Of a stretch of 64,000 bases of DNA, positions 28,056 to 36,650 are shown piece after piece. The stretch comes from Paraspadella gotoi (Eukaryota > Animalia > Chaetognatha). Location: positions 1,552,654-1,616,653 of the forward strand of contig CM119265.1 in assembly GCA_051294375.1 (NCBI GenBank), written 5' to 3'. How positions within the stretch are numbered: position 1 is the first letter of the stretch; the number at the start of each line of letters is the position of its first letter. The position numbers were made by a program, and so were the translations under genes. The notes under the pieces were generated by a model. It made no database searches and had not been told where the DNA came from. It saw nothing but the letters and a program-made list of their open reading frames with translations.

Positions 28056-28332
28056 AGGATCATCCTGCGCGAAACCGCTCAGAGGCGACGTTATGATGCT
28101 ACATCCATGGATTTCCGCCGACGCCGCCGACGCCGCCAACTCCGCAGACTCGGTTGTCGTCGACGCATCACCCAATTTCCGCCGTGCCTCTTCCTCCTCC
28201 TCCTCCTCCTCCTCTTCCCTACCCCATGGTTCCCTCATAACTGTCTCTTGTTCTTTTGACGTCAACAATGTCATCTCAAAATGTGAAGATGGTCGCTGGA
28301 TTCCTTCGCCGATAGATTGCGCTCCTTCGTAG
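16983..28332 (+). CDS. lev-9: LEV-9/Hasp-like multi-Sushi (CCP) domain extracellular scaffold protein, spliced; 5' exons not resolved
   Basis: GT-AG exons, mostly phase 1, at 16983-17177, 17599-~17668, 19129-19329, 20219-20431, 21527-21629, 22022-22098, ~22844-23030 (noisy), 23799-23975, [gap], 25214-25310, 26405-26489, 27020-27165, 27474-27600 and 28058-28332 give about 10 CCP domains. They include motifs I recall as LEV-9/Hasp-specific: YCPFPGYIENGHIFLVGNLGEYDYRPYI...GPNAATCVDGDWSP...CVPGKHP followed by RGRR, and HCGAPREIEYAYHDG..FPLDTQLLYRC..VWVGPKLSCKPRHCGHPG. Confidence 0.85.
17188..17365. repeat. (GATTT)n microsatellite; representative of many intronic simple repeats
   Basis: Others include (GAAA)n 16765-16865, (ATTC)n 21765-21990, (AATC)n 25320-26380, (GATT)n 27265-27468 and (TC)n 27955-28052. 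Confidence 0.9.
17599..17668 (+). CDS. LEV-9-like linker exon
   Basis: tgcttcag|TT TCA TCT TGT...; translates VSSCENEGSRDDSPSQAEPTRRR. It is a GC-rich island in an AT-rich intron. The donor position differs by 1 nt between the two copies. Confidence 0.55.
18676..18860. repeat. 33-bp intronic minisatellite (about 5.5 units)
   Basis: Unit cccgctctcgcctgaattcggtctcaccttttg; noisy copy at about 2127-2312. Confidence 0.9.
19129..19329 (+). CDS. LEV-9-like exon: CCP domain 2
   Basis: cttcag|AC CAC TGC...; translates HCGAPREIEYAYHDGDPRRAFFPLDTQLLYRCKEGYEPFNGLPIAHCVISDIGGIAVWVGPKLSCK. Confidence 0.9.
20219..20431 (+). CDS. LEV-9-like exon: CCP domain 3
   Basis: aaaag|CC CGC CAT TGC...AAG T|gtacgt; translates PRHCGHPGKVANAKLLGKKFEFPAIVEFVCKSGFRVQAPEGMSNAPKYLSKLGKMRCRKDGKWAGIKPVCK. 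Confidence 0.9.
20610..20930. mobile_element. Non-autonomous element with short inverted motifs and a TTAGGG/TTAAGG-like core, in a LEV-9 intron
   Basis: Left gaaagcaccccttttcagcttaaatt and right gattaggaacagaaataagatgctttcg resemble the flanks of the 43463-44125 array element. Confidence 0.5.
21371..21540 (+). repeat. 55-bp tandem triplication of an intron/exon junction (3' splice site)
   Basis: Unit cgtcttttctcacgtttcatccctgtttgcatcttatgcAG|ccattcaatgcgat, with AGs at 21415-16, 21470-71 and 21525-26. Also three units in the copy at about 4915-5080. Confidence 0.92.
21527..22098 (+). CDS. LEV-9-like CCP domain 4, split over exons 21527-21629 and 22022-22098
   Basis: Translates SIQCDHLPKLRHGSTIGGETSIGAKVRFSCNFSYR|LIGPSELTCGNDGKWSGDGLMPKCQ. 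The phase-2 intron has canonical GT-AG ends. Confidence 0.9.
22695..22792. repeat. Degenerate AACGCC(A) tandem repeat upstream of an acceptor
   Basis: Repeated caacgcca/aaacgcca units with a period of about 11-13 nt. Confidence 0.7.
22844..23030 (+). CDS. Probable LEV-9-like CCP domain 5 exon, corrupted by indel noise
   Basis: Acceptor tttccag|AG ATT GAC gives an EID start like the next exon. It is a GC-rich island, but the frame cannot be followed in either copy. Confidence 0.5.
23799..23975 (+). CDS. LEV-9-like exon: CCP domain 6
   Basis: ctccag|AA ATC GAC TGC...TGG C|gtgagc; translates EIDCKSPGILHNGYIEGDRTTLESVIVFQCVEGAQFDGGSDRAICREDGTWSHPLPKCW. Confidence 0.9.
24369..24830. other. Assembly gap (462 N) inside the LEV-9-like gene
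   Basis: Run of N; one CCP exon is expected here from the domain order. Confidence 0.95.
24985..26205 (+). repeat. Direct duplication (about 580 bp) across the 25-N gap at 25561-25585; probably an overlap artefact
   Basis: 24985-25560 is near-identical to about 25586-26205, including the PCTERPP exon. Confidence 0.8.
25214..26489 (+). CDS. LEV-9-like CCP domain, split over exons 25214-25310 (duplicated at 25854-25949) and 26405-26489
   Basis: Translates PCTERPPWIRKGRVVFHNHDHGSKARYECDSG|FALNVEANRAELTCQFGKW(V)GTKPACEA. Needs one 1-nt correction near 26461. Confidence 0.85.
26495..26752. repeat. 44-bp (2x22) minisatellite starting just after a splice donor
   Basis: Unit gtggaaccagtgagatttgaaagtagaaactgtgaaatttgaga, about 5.5 units. 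Confidence 0.85.
27020..27600 (+). CDS. LEV-9-like diagnostic CCP domain plus proprotein-convertase site (exons 27020-27165 and 27474-27600)
   Basis: Translates YCPFPGYIENGHIFLVGNLGEYDYRPYIPNVGERRKIRYDCNKNFKLK|GPNAATCVDGDWSPEMKPTCVPGKHPDLERDLRGRRSVERLE. Confidence 0.92.
27563..27839 (+). repeat. 57-bp in-frame minisatellite (about 5 units) copying the GRR site and the splice donor
   Basis: Unit encodes DL(Q/R)GRRSVERLEGEKDLGK. G|GTGAGA donors start at 27601, 27658, 27715 and 27772; TAA at 27837-27839. Confidence 0.92.
28058..28332 (+). CDS. LEV-9-like terminal exon: degenerate CCP domain with Ala/Ser-rich insert
   Basis: (TC)n-cgtcag|GA TCA TCC TGC; translates SSCAKPLRGDVMMLHPW...LPHGSLITVSCSFDVNNVISKCEDGRWIPSPIDCAPS*. 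Phase 1 matches the upstream donor. Confidence 0.8.
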
Positions 28333-29992
28333 TCGTCGTCGTCGTCGTCGTCTCAACCTAAACTTGTTACAACAAAACTTTTTGTCAAGAGACAAAGTTT
28401 ATCAAAATTCAGTCAACATTTATCAAATGCCGTTATACACTAGTCTGGTTATTTAACAACGAAACTGTTAAAAATTTAAATATAAGATTTTTGTTGCTGT
28501 GAAGAGGAGTACAGAGTGAATATTTTTGTGCGATTCGTTCGATGGAAAAAAATGTTTTTAATGCAAATTATTATCAAAATATACTTTATGACAATCGGCC
28601 TATATTATTTGACACTTTTTATCTCTCACAAACGCCAATTACTTTGTTTGTTTTTTTTTCTTTTTAACAATCAACAAAAACTATGCATTAATTGTATTTC
28701 ACTGGCGATTGGTAAAATTTTAATTTCAGAAACAGACACAAAACGGTGCTTAAAATACGTATATTTTTTTGTTTTTCATATTATTTTTTTATTCGAATTA
28801 TTTTTTTTTGGACCAATTATTGTGTTGACTTATTAGAAAGAACATAAATAATCAAATAAACTTATTTTCCCTTAAAAAAATAAAAATCGGATATTAAACG
28901 ACGTAACAAACTATATTCTAATTTTTTTTTATTTGATGAAAAAAAAACCGTATTTTATTGTCATTATTAAAAACATTGTTTTTTTTTGGTTATTCTTAGT
29001 ATTTGTCATCCAAACATTTGTACAAAATCTGTAAATACTCGAACTTTCCCCCCTTTCGACTCAAATCGCTGCTAATTGGAGATTTATGTTAAAAGTTTTC
29101 AATTTGTATATTAAACATGTTTTTTCTTCAAAAAAAAATCGATTAACTTTGTATTATGAAATAGTTAGTTTATATATGAACCACTTTTTAAAGCATCCGC
29201 ATCATAGCTGACGCGTTGAACAATTTATCGCAATCAAAATGCAAAAGACCGACTCGGACGAGAGCCTGATGAATGAGTATTGAAGAGGGACGGGGCGCTT
29301 AACCCGCCTGTAACATGGTGTTACAGTCTCTTGAATCGAAGCTCAGGGACTGTTTATTAGAGTGGAGCACTCAAGAACCAAAAAATTTATTTGAATGATC
29401 GAACAATGATATTTAGATGTGAGACAGTATGATATAATAATAGTACAAAAAATATTTTGTTCATATTATCTCGGGAACAGAATAGTAAAATATAAATATT
29501 TGTAGTAATATCCTTATAAAATAGTAAATTTAAAAATAATTTTTATGAAACTTTTATTAAAGATTCAGATATGTTCATAAAAAGTTGAATCAAAAATAAA
29601 AAACATGTTATAAAAATTCTGTCATCTTCAATGTTTAAAATAAAAAAAAAGGTGAAAATTCCTAACTTTTTTATTCCTGTAGTAGAAACTTATATATGTT
29701 AAAACGTTTTAATCATTTTTGTGATCTAAACATTAAAATATCATATAACATATTTTAATAAAAGTTTCTTAGTTTTTACAGCAAATCCAAATCAGTTCTT
29801 AAAAATAAAAAAAATTATTTTAAAATTTAACGATTTTTTAAGGATAATTACTACATAAATAATTGAATTTGCTATACTGTTATGCTAAAAATTTTTAAAA
29901 GGATTTTAAAATTTATTAATTATATGTCCATAGGCAGCAAAAAAAATAAATTCAATCACCAACTCTTTCATCACTCCACCCTACTGTTTATG

Positions 29993-30423
29993 TTGAGGCG
30001 ACTTACCACCGGTCTCTCTCTCTAAACCCTTTCTCCTCCTCTTTCTCCGAGCCGGTCAATCCACACGCTCACTTTGCCCGAGCTTTGGCAATGACCTTAG
30101 ATTGACCGGACACAGTAATAGGGCCGAGGCGACCGTAAGGTCAAGTTGGTCCGGGCGATGATAAAAGTGGATCAGGAGAGAGCTCGTCTCACTCTTTTCT
30201 TTTCAGAGAAGTAGAAAAGAAGTGAGTCTAGCTCTCTTCTCATCCACTTTTATCATCGCCCGGGCCAACATGACCTTACTGTCGCCTCGGCCCTATTACT
30301 GTGTCCGGTCAATCTAAGGTCATTGCCAAAGCTAGGGCAAAGTGACCGTGTGGAATAGACCGGCTCGGAGAAAGAGGAGAGAGGAAGGGTTTAGAGAGAG
30401 AGACCGGTGGTAAGTCGCCTCAA
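29993..30423. mobile_element. About 430-bp near-perfect palindrome (foldback MITE or long hairpin)
   Basis: ttgaggcgacttaccaccgg...ccggtggtaagtcgcctcaa; arms of about 210 bp pair almost to the centre. Noisy copy at about 59910-60325. No clear target-site duplication. Confidence 0.75.
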
Positions 30424-31164
30424 TGTCGAACGGTTCTATCACTAACTCATAATAATTAATCTGTCTTTTCCATTGTTATAATTGATAGATAATTATAAAA
30501 AGATTAGATCGAATAAAGTCGATCACTGATTAGCGGAGGTTGTAGTGACGTAATAACACTACCCGTTGGATACGACTATTCCTGCCATCAGCACCGTAAT
30601 AGCGCACTGGCGCGGATGGCAGGAATGTCTGGGCTAACGCTTCATCTCCGAAACCATTGGTCCCGGGTTCTTGCCCTGGACGGACCGGTGCTTGCAAAAA
30701 GACTGACGGGCTCTTTTAACCATCGGTAGCGCGATTCCCGAAGGATCCGAAGCTCAGAGCCAATATTCACACTAAGTGTGGGAGCTATTCACACTCACAA
30801 AGTGACTTCGATGCCCTCTCCACTCTTGGTCACTTCAAGGGTTCGTCTAAAGCAATGTCATATATCCTTTTGTTAGACATAATCAATGATATGTTTAAAA
30901 TTGATTTCCTTCTTTCTAGTTTCAAAAACTTAACACGATCCTACTCTCATCGTTTAAAACTTATTCCATAATTAAATCAGTAGCTGCTTTCAATACATAT
31001 TTATTTCAAATAAATTCCGGAATTTAATCAAACAACTGATTTACAATTGATTCCTCAAACAATCGAAGTCAAAATGATCCGGCCTTTTTTTTTATCCTTT
31101 TTCACTCTCGCTTTCTCACTCCTCTTCTTCACTCACTCCATCTCCCTCTCATCTTCCCCTCTCT

Positions 31165-31316
31165 CCCTACTTAACAACCCTCTCTACTCCATCAAGAGTC
31201 CTTCTACCCCATCACTCCTTAACAACCCTCTCTACTCCATCATAGTCCTTCTACCCCATCACTCCTTAACAACCCCCTCTACTCCATCAAGAGTCCTTCT
31301 ACCCCATCACTCCTTA
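31165..31316. repeat. 47-48-bp tandem repeat (3 units) abutting the stop codon of the secreted-protein gene
   Basis: Unit ttaacaaccctctctactccatcaagagtccttctaccccatcactcc starting at 31171, 31219 and 31266; the fourth unit start (tta at 31314) is the - strand TAA. Confidence 0.85.
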
Positions 31317-33394
31317 AGCCTCGGTGTTCTGCTCCAGCGTAATTGCCGAGACGGACGCCCTGGCTGTATCAGGATAAAACCCGCTGTTGATCCTGATAGC
31401 CCAACAGACATACTTGGGCATTGTGGTTGCCGCCTTGCAGCCCTTTCTCTCCCACGGGCCCTTAATGGGGCCATCTTCGCCCTTGCAGACGACTGACCAT
31501 TCGACCGTGTCGGGGGTTGTCTGGCAAAAGGCCGAGTTGCTGGCAACGAAGTCCCAATCATTGGCGCAGCCCCAGTTGAAGTCTTCTTCCAAATCATCGG
31601 GACGGCAGAAAAATCCAACGCTGAAGGAAGAAACAAGAAAAAAAAAAACTCGTTTGAAAATTAAATAAAAAAAAAAAGTTTCAAGACAAAAGAAATACCG
31701 CGTGACCATTTAAAACCCGCCGCTATAAAAAAATTCATATGAAAACGCGTAGAGATTTTAACATTTTGAAAAAAGATATATGAAGACAAGAAGTACTCAT
31801 TTCTTTATGTATAAATTTCTTGATAATTGTTTTTATTTTTGAGTTCGTAATGAGCGAAAAAAGATGAGGAGCAAATTCGAGATTTTCAATCAGAAATAAA
31901 AGAAAATTCGTTACCTGGAATTGATGACTTTGTAATTAGTGCTAATATGGGTATCATAAGAAAGTCCGTTAAGAATTGATTCAGGAATATTTATTATAAT
32001 TTCTTAAAAGTAATATACTTTGCCATTGACTATTGTGATGGGGATTGAGAGAAATATTAAAAGGTAAATAATAAATGTATAAGATTAAAAATTAAAGAAT
32101 GATAGGGGCAAGATAGCTTTTTTATTAAATGAATGGATAATTTTTATGTTGTTTGAACCAATTGCATATATAAAAGTATATCTAATTTATATAATAATAT
32201 ATAATACATTTCTATTCTGTGGTCTTATCCTTTTTTCGCAGAGGAATCAAACTCGAGAAAGGAAATCGGATCAACGACTCGAGTAAAATCCACCGGAAGT
32301 CAAATATTTAAATTAATATTAACGTAGTTAAATATTTATAAAAATTTCTATTCGGTCACATGTCTACCAGTAGAAAACATAATCAAAAATGCGCTTAATT
32401 TTATCTCATATCTTAATAATACTAGTAACATTACTAATACAGTATACCTTTGTTTGAAATAAGTTTAATGGAGATGAGAGGAAAAGTTTTACATTAAATT
32501 TACACTGCAAAAGTTCCAAACATACCATCAACGGAATAGACCTATCGACGGACCATGTCGGCCTTGTGATGTGATCGCTCGTCTCCTTCACGAATCATCA
32601 GAAAACCGACCAATCACAGACCTTATTTCAACCTTAGACCGACCAATGAACCGACAGAGAGACTCAGGGGTCGATGGCCGAGATTGTCGAGGGATCTCGA
32701 GAGATTCTCTTCAACATCCAACCTCAAGAAGCAACTCTTCTTCAATTAAATATTTGTCATCACCTTTGAAGTAACCTTTGTCATCGTGTCGTCATTACAT
32801 TCGCCATCACCTTAATCATTGTCCGTCATTAATAAAACTATGTTCAACCCTCGTCATTTTATTAAACTTCTACGATATAATATAATATTCTTGATAGGTT
32901 TAGGCTTTGTCGTCGCGCATTGCATATGCATAAGTTCGCCCCGCCTGAAAGCACGGTGGCTCACTGAGTAAAGCCATCGACCACTAGGTACCGGGTTCAA
33001 TCCCAGCCCGGTACCTCATCCACAGCTTAACCAGATAATCACTGACCTGTGAGGGCGCAACGCTGACGTCAATTTCATGCCAATGAAAATAGGAAATCTG
33101 GATTGTCCTGCCTCATAATAAAGGCTGCGTCCTTTGAACCCATTGTCCTTTCCATTCTCAGTGGCTGACAATGGAGTGCTGGAGAATTTGGTCCCGGTTG
33201 TGAGGTCGATCGGCTTCACAGTAGGCGGCGGGGCTTTGTGATAATTCATATTGTTAATGGGTCACATTTTTGATCGTTACAAATCTATCTCTCTCTTTTT
33301 CTCTCTATCTATCTATCTATCTCTTGGACTTACTTGGACATGCCGCTTCTGAGGCAATAATGAGGACAGCGCCGAAAAACAGAAGACTCAACAT
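31314..33394 (-). CDS. Spliced secreted protein of unrecognised family (signal peptide, acidic segment, Cys/Trp-rich C-terminal domain)
   Basis: ATG at 33394 gives MLSLLFFGAVLIIASEAACP|gtaagt (exon end 33334). A noisy exon at about 32860-32526 ends at a gtatgt donor. Exon 32002-31915 (IIINIPESILNGLSYDTHISTNYKVINS) splices in phase 2 to exon 31620-31314 (SVGFFCRPDDLEEDFNWGCANDWDFVASNSAFCQTTPDTVEWSVVCKGEDGPIKGPWERKGCKAATTMPKYVCWAIRINSGFYPDTARASVSAITLEQNTEA*). A 5'UTR donor gtgagt sits at 33747. Confidence 0.7.
32922..33250 (+). mobile_element. tRNA-derived SINE-like element in an intron of the secreted-protein gene
   Basis: A-box-like ggtggctcactgag (about 32955) and B-box gggttcaatccc (about 32993), followed by a non-tRNA body. 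Noisy copies at about 46675-47015 and 62760-63090. Confidence 0.6.
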
Positions 33395-33848
33395 TTTCGT
33401 CGATTGAAAGAAAAAAAAGAGTCGCTGATTAAAAAACAAAAAAAGAAAAGTTAGTATTATATCTCTACTATTTACTATTACTATTATATTTATTTTTCAT
33501 TTACTATTTACTATTAACTGACACACAAAAGGTTTAATTCTCTCTTTCTTTGTAACAGGCCAAAGTAAAGGAACAACAGATATTCAGAGATAAGAACGGA
33601 CAGACAATCTCATATCTATCACTAAAGTCTAAAATATTATTTTTAAGGAGTCACCAACATTACAATTTTATATTTCTATCATAATTTCTCGATCGTTAAT
33701 AATATTTTGTAATACAAAGTGAAAGTTAAGCTTTTAAAGAGACTCACCGTGAGCCGAAAGGAAAAAGAAATATGACCAGAGAAAATAGAATTAGATTCTT
33801 TGACGACTCGGGGATTTTCTCTTCTTCCTTTTTATACATTTTTATTCC

Positions 33849-33886
<38 letters not shown>

Positions 33887-34249
33887 TTATTTTGTTCATC
33901 TTAGATTTATCTTCTTTCCTAAGATTTATTTTGTTCATCTTAGATTTATCTTCGTTTCCTTCAGATTATTTTGGTTCATCTCTGACACGACTCTTATTCT
34001 TTCAATTGTCTCTTCATTCATTTCTCTGTACATATATATCTGAGAGTGGCGTCTACACACATCCAGCATATATATACACTAAAAGCATGATATATCGAGT
34101 ACGCTCCTATCGGCGTAGCTTATTGCCGGACCTCAGCGTGGTCCAAACGTCCGGCGCGAAATTACGTCTGGTTGCGGTGGAGAAGCCAAAACTCTCTTCT
34201 TCATTTATCTTATTTATTTTTTTGTAGTTATTTTACTTTTTAAATCTAT

Positions 34250-34508
34250 TTATGTGGTTAGGCGCTAAGTGTGCTGATGATGACTATCCGCAACTTCTTT
34301 AACCCCTCTAGCAGCCATGGAACGGGTCCTGGGCATGGAACCAGGCTGAGAAGTTTTCACACCCCAAGGCCGTCCTCACGCTTTCCGCAGGGTACCGGTT
34401 GGGATTTGAACCTAGTACCTTGGTGGTCATGAAGCTGATGGCTTTACTCAATGGGTCACGACTGAAGGTGTCATGATTATAGGCGGGGTGAACTTATGCT
34501 ATGCCGAC
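34250..34508 (-). mobile_element. tRNA-derived SINE-like element related to the 32922 element
   Basis: On the - strand: gcataagttcaccccgcct leader, tgagtaaagccatc and ggttcaaatcccaaccggtacc are shared with the 32922 element, but the 3' body differs. Copy at about 55235-55490. Confidence 0.55.
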
Positions 34509-34562
34509 TATAATTATTTATTTACATAATTATTTATTAATACAATTTCCTTTTATTTATTC

Positions 34563-34990
34563 ATGAGGACCATATATCGAACAAAATTTAAAAGTATTTG
34601 ACAATTAAGGCCTATCGTTAAAAATCTTAAAATTTTGTCTTACTTACCTGAAAAAAAATTAAATAAGTTTTAATTTGGGATAGTGATGAAAAGCTTAAAA
34701 TCAGGTCAATTAAAGATAAGACATACCACTATCATATTCAGAAACGACCACTGAAAAATATTAACAGTATGGCTTTTTATGCTATGCAATGTAAGGTGCG
34801 CGTATAAAAATGACTAAATGATTTGAAAACATCCACAACGCCCTGTAGTTGTTTAAAATTTGTTATTGTTTCATTGCATATGAAAGTAAAAACACAGAAA
34901 AATCTTTTGGCACCTATTTTATTATTGTATCTTATATCGTTCAGACAGGGCAGGACATTAAAGTTTTGTCTCGATATAGGTCCCACTGTA
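34563..34990. mobile_element. Tc1/mariner-type MITE relic
   Basis: Right end ttttgtctcgatataggtcccactg|TA (a CAGT terminus with TA) is inverted relative to the left ggaccatatatcga(g)acaaaa. A second CAGTGGG-type end lies at about 35110-35128. Confidence 0.45.
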
Positions 34991-36559
34991 CTTATTAATT
35001 AATATAATTATCTTTTCTTTTTATTTATTTATTTATATTATATTAATTTGGTTTTTAAGGCGTCGATGGGGTGGAAAATTCTTGAAATCGCATCATTCGA
35101 AAAACGAAGAAATCGGTGCCCACTGTAGAGGTAATCTACTACTATTTTAGTTTTATTCTATTTCATATAATGTTAATTAAAAATGTTTTTTAATTCTCAT
35201 AATTGGTTTTTTTATCGTTTTAGAAAACATCATATGAACAACGATTAAAGTTGATGATCAACACGAGAAAATGTTGTTTTGTGCAACTTTTTTTTGGCTT
35301 GTGGTTACCAATGTTTGTTAAATATTATACCATACTTGAATAAAAAAAAAAAAAAAGAAATGATCACTAATAATTGAACTTGTTATATGTCTTTTCGATT
35401 AATTATGTTTCTGCTATTAGGAGATGAAAGAATTTTAAAAAGCTCCATACCGTGGGTAGTGATAATACGTCACTACACTGTAGCCATTTTTTTTAGGTCG
35501 CTACACGTGGTTCTCCTTGACAAGGACCTTGTACGTGAGAGTTTAAAAAAGTTAATCTATGCAAAAATTCTGTTTATTCTATCTATCTATCTACCTATCT
35601 ATCTGTTCTATCTGTTCTATCCACTGCGGCGCAAAACATTGGATGGACCGATCTTGTTGATATAAAATAAACTAACCAATTATTTGCTCGTGTTATACCT
35701 TCAGACAATTTGTTTGATATATAGAATATTAATATATAATTTTATGGATTATTAAAACTTTTTTTTACAAGAGAGAGAGAGAAAGAGTGGAGAGGATACA
35801 TTGTTTCCATATTGGAATTGGTTGAGTGCAAGGGCAAAGTGGACAGACAGTTTACTGTTGTTTTTTTTTTTTCACCGATGGCCCCTGCTGCGGCTCCTGA
35901 AAGCAGCGAACTAAAACACACGCATAAAACTTGTCTCTTTTGCTGCTTCCATCGTCGCTTTATGCGTCACTCCTTTCGTCGTCGCTCTACACGTCGCAAC
36001 TGCTTCTCATTGTTTAGTCCCTCAGCAGTCAGAGTTTTTTGTTGTAAAAGTACGTAGGGAAAGTCAACCCTAATCCTAAACCCTAATCCCTCACTCTAAT
36101 CTCTATCCCCTATCTAACCTATCCCTAACCGAAACCCTAAACAATTAATCCGTCGTTCAAATTATCGTCGTTTTTGTCGATCCCGATCCTGACTCCGTCA
36201 GACGGCAAGGGGCCATCGAAGAGCATTTCGCCAATCGATCTCTTTCCTTTCGGCATTCAGATATCAGATTTTTAGCTGAAGTGAGTTTGAGTTTGAGTGA
36301 AGTTAAATTTGACGAATAACAAATCCTTCACGAAGTAATTAATTGGTTAAATAGTGAATGAGAATGAAAATTTGTCGCGACTAACCTAAAAAAGGAGAAT
36401 AGGGATCTAAATTTAATTTATTCTTTGCCCTTTCGCAAATATTTGTAATTATATAACTTTTTTTTTATTTCTTTTCCTTAAAATTCGTATTGACAAGCAA
36501 GGCGACTGATCGATATCTGAGTCTTTTCTGTCGATGTTTCTATCGATTGCCCTCGCTCT

Positions 36560-36650
36560 TAGCAATGCTTAATTGCTTAATGCTTAATTGCTTAATGCTT
36601 AATGCTTAATGTGCTTAATGCTTAATTGCTTAATGCTTAATGGCTTTAAT
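36560..36650. repeat. 15-bp (ATGCTTAATTGCTTA) satellite
   Basis: Tandem gcttaat/gcttaatt units; cleaner copy at about 57558-57637. Confidence 0.8.

Noticed and set aside
29262-29350. Hammerhead or C/D snoRNA at cctgatgaatg
   Set aside because: There is no stem II plus GAAA and no downstream CUGA D-box with a terminal stem.
31307-31636. Alternative - strand frame (MFLPSALDF...) for the last exon of the secreted gene
   Set aside because: The Cys/Trp frame joins the upstream exon in phase 2 without stops and looks more protein-like.
32950-33015. tRNA gene
   Set aside because: A/B boxes are present, but there is no complete cloverleaf or terminator, and it continues into a SINE-like body.
32915-34510. 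Pack-type transposon whose inverted ends capture the first exons of the secreted gene
   Set aside because: The inverted ends are the heads of two SINE-like copies, and the 33870-33885 join between them is contradicted by two other copies.
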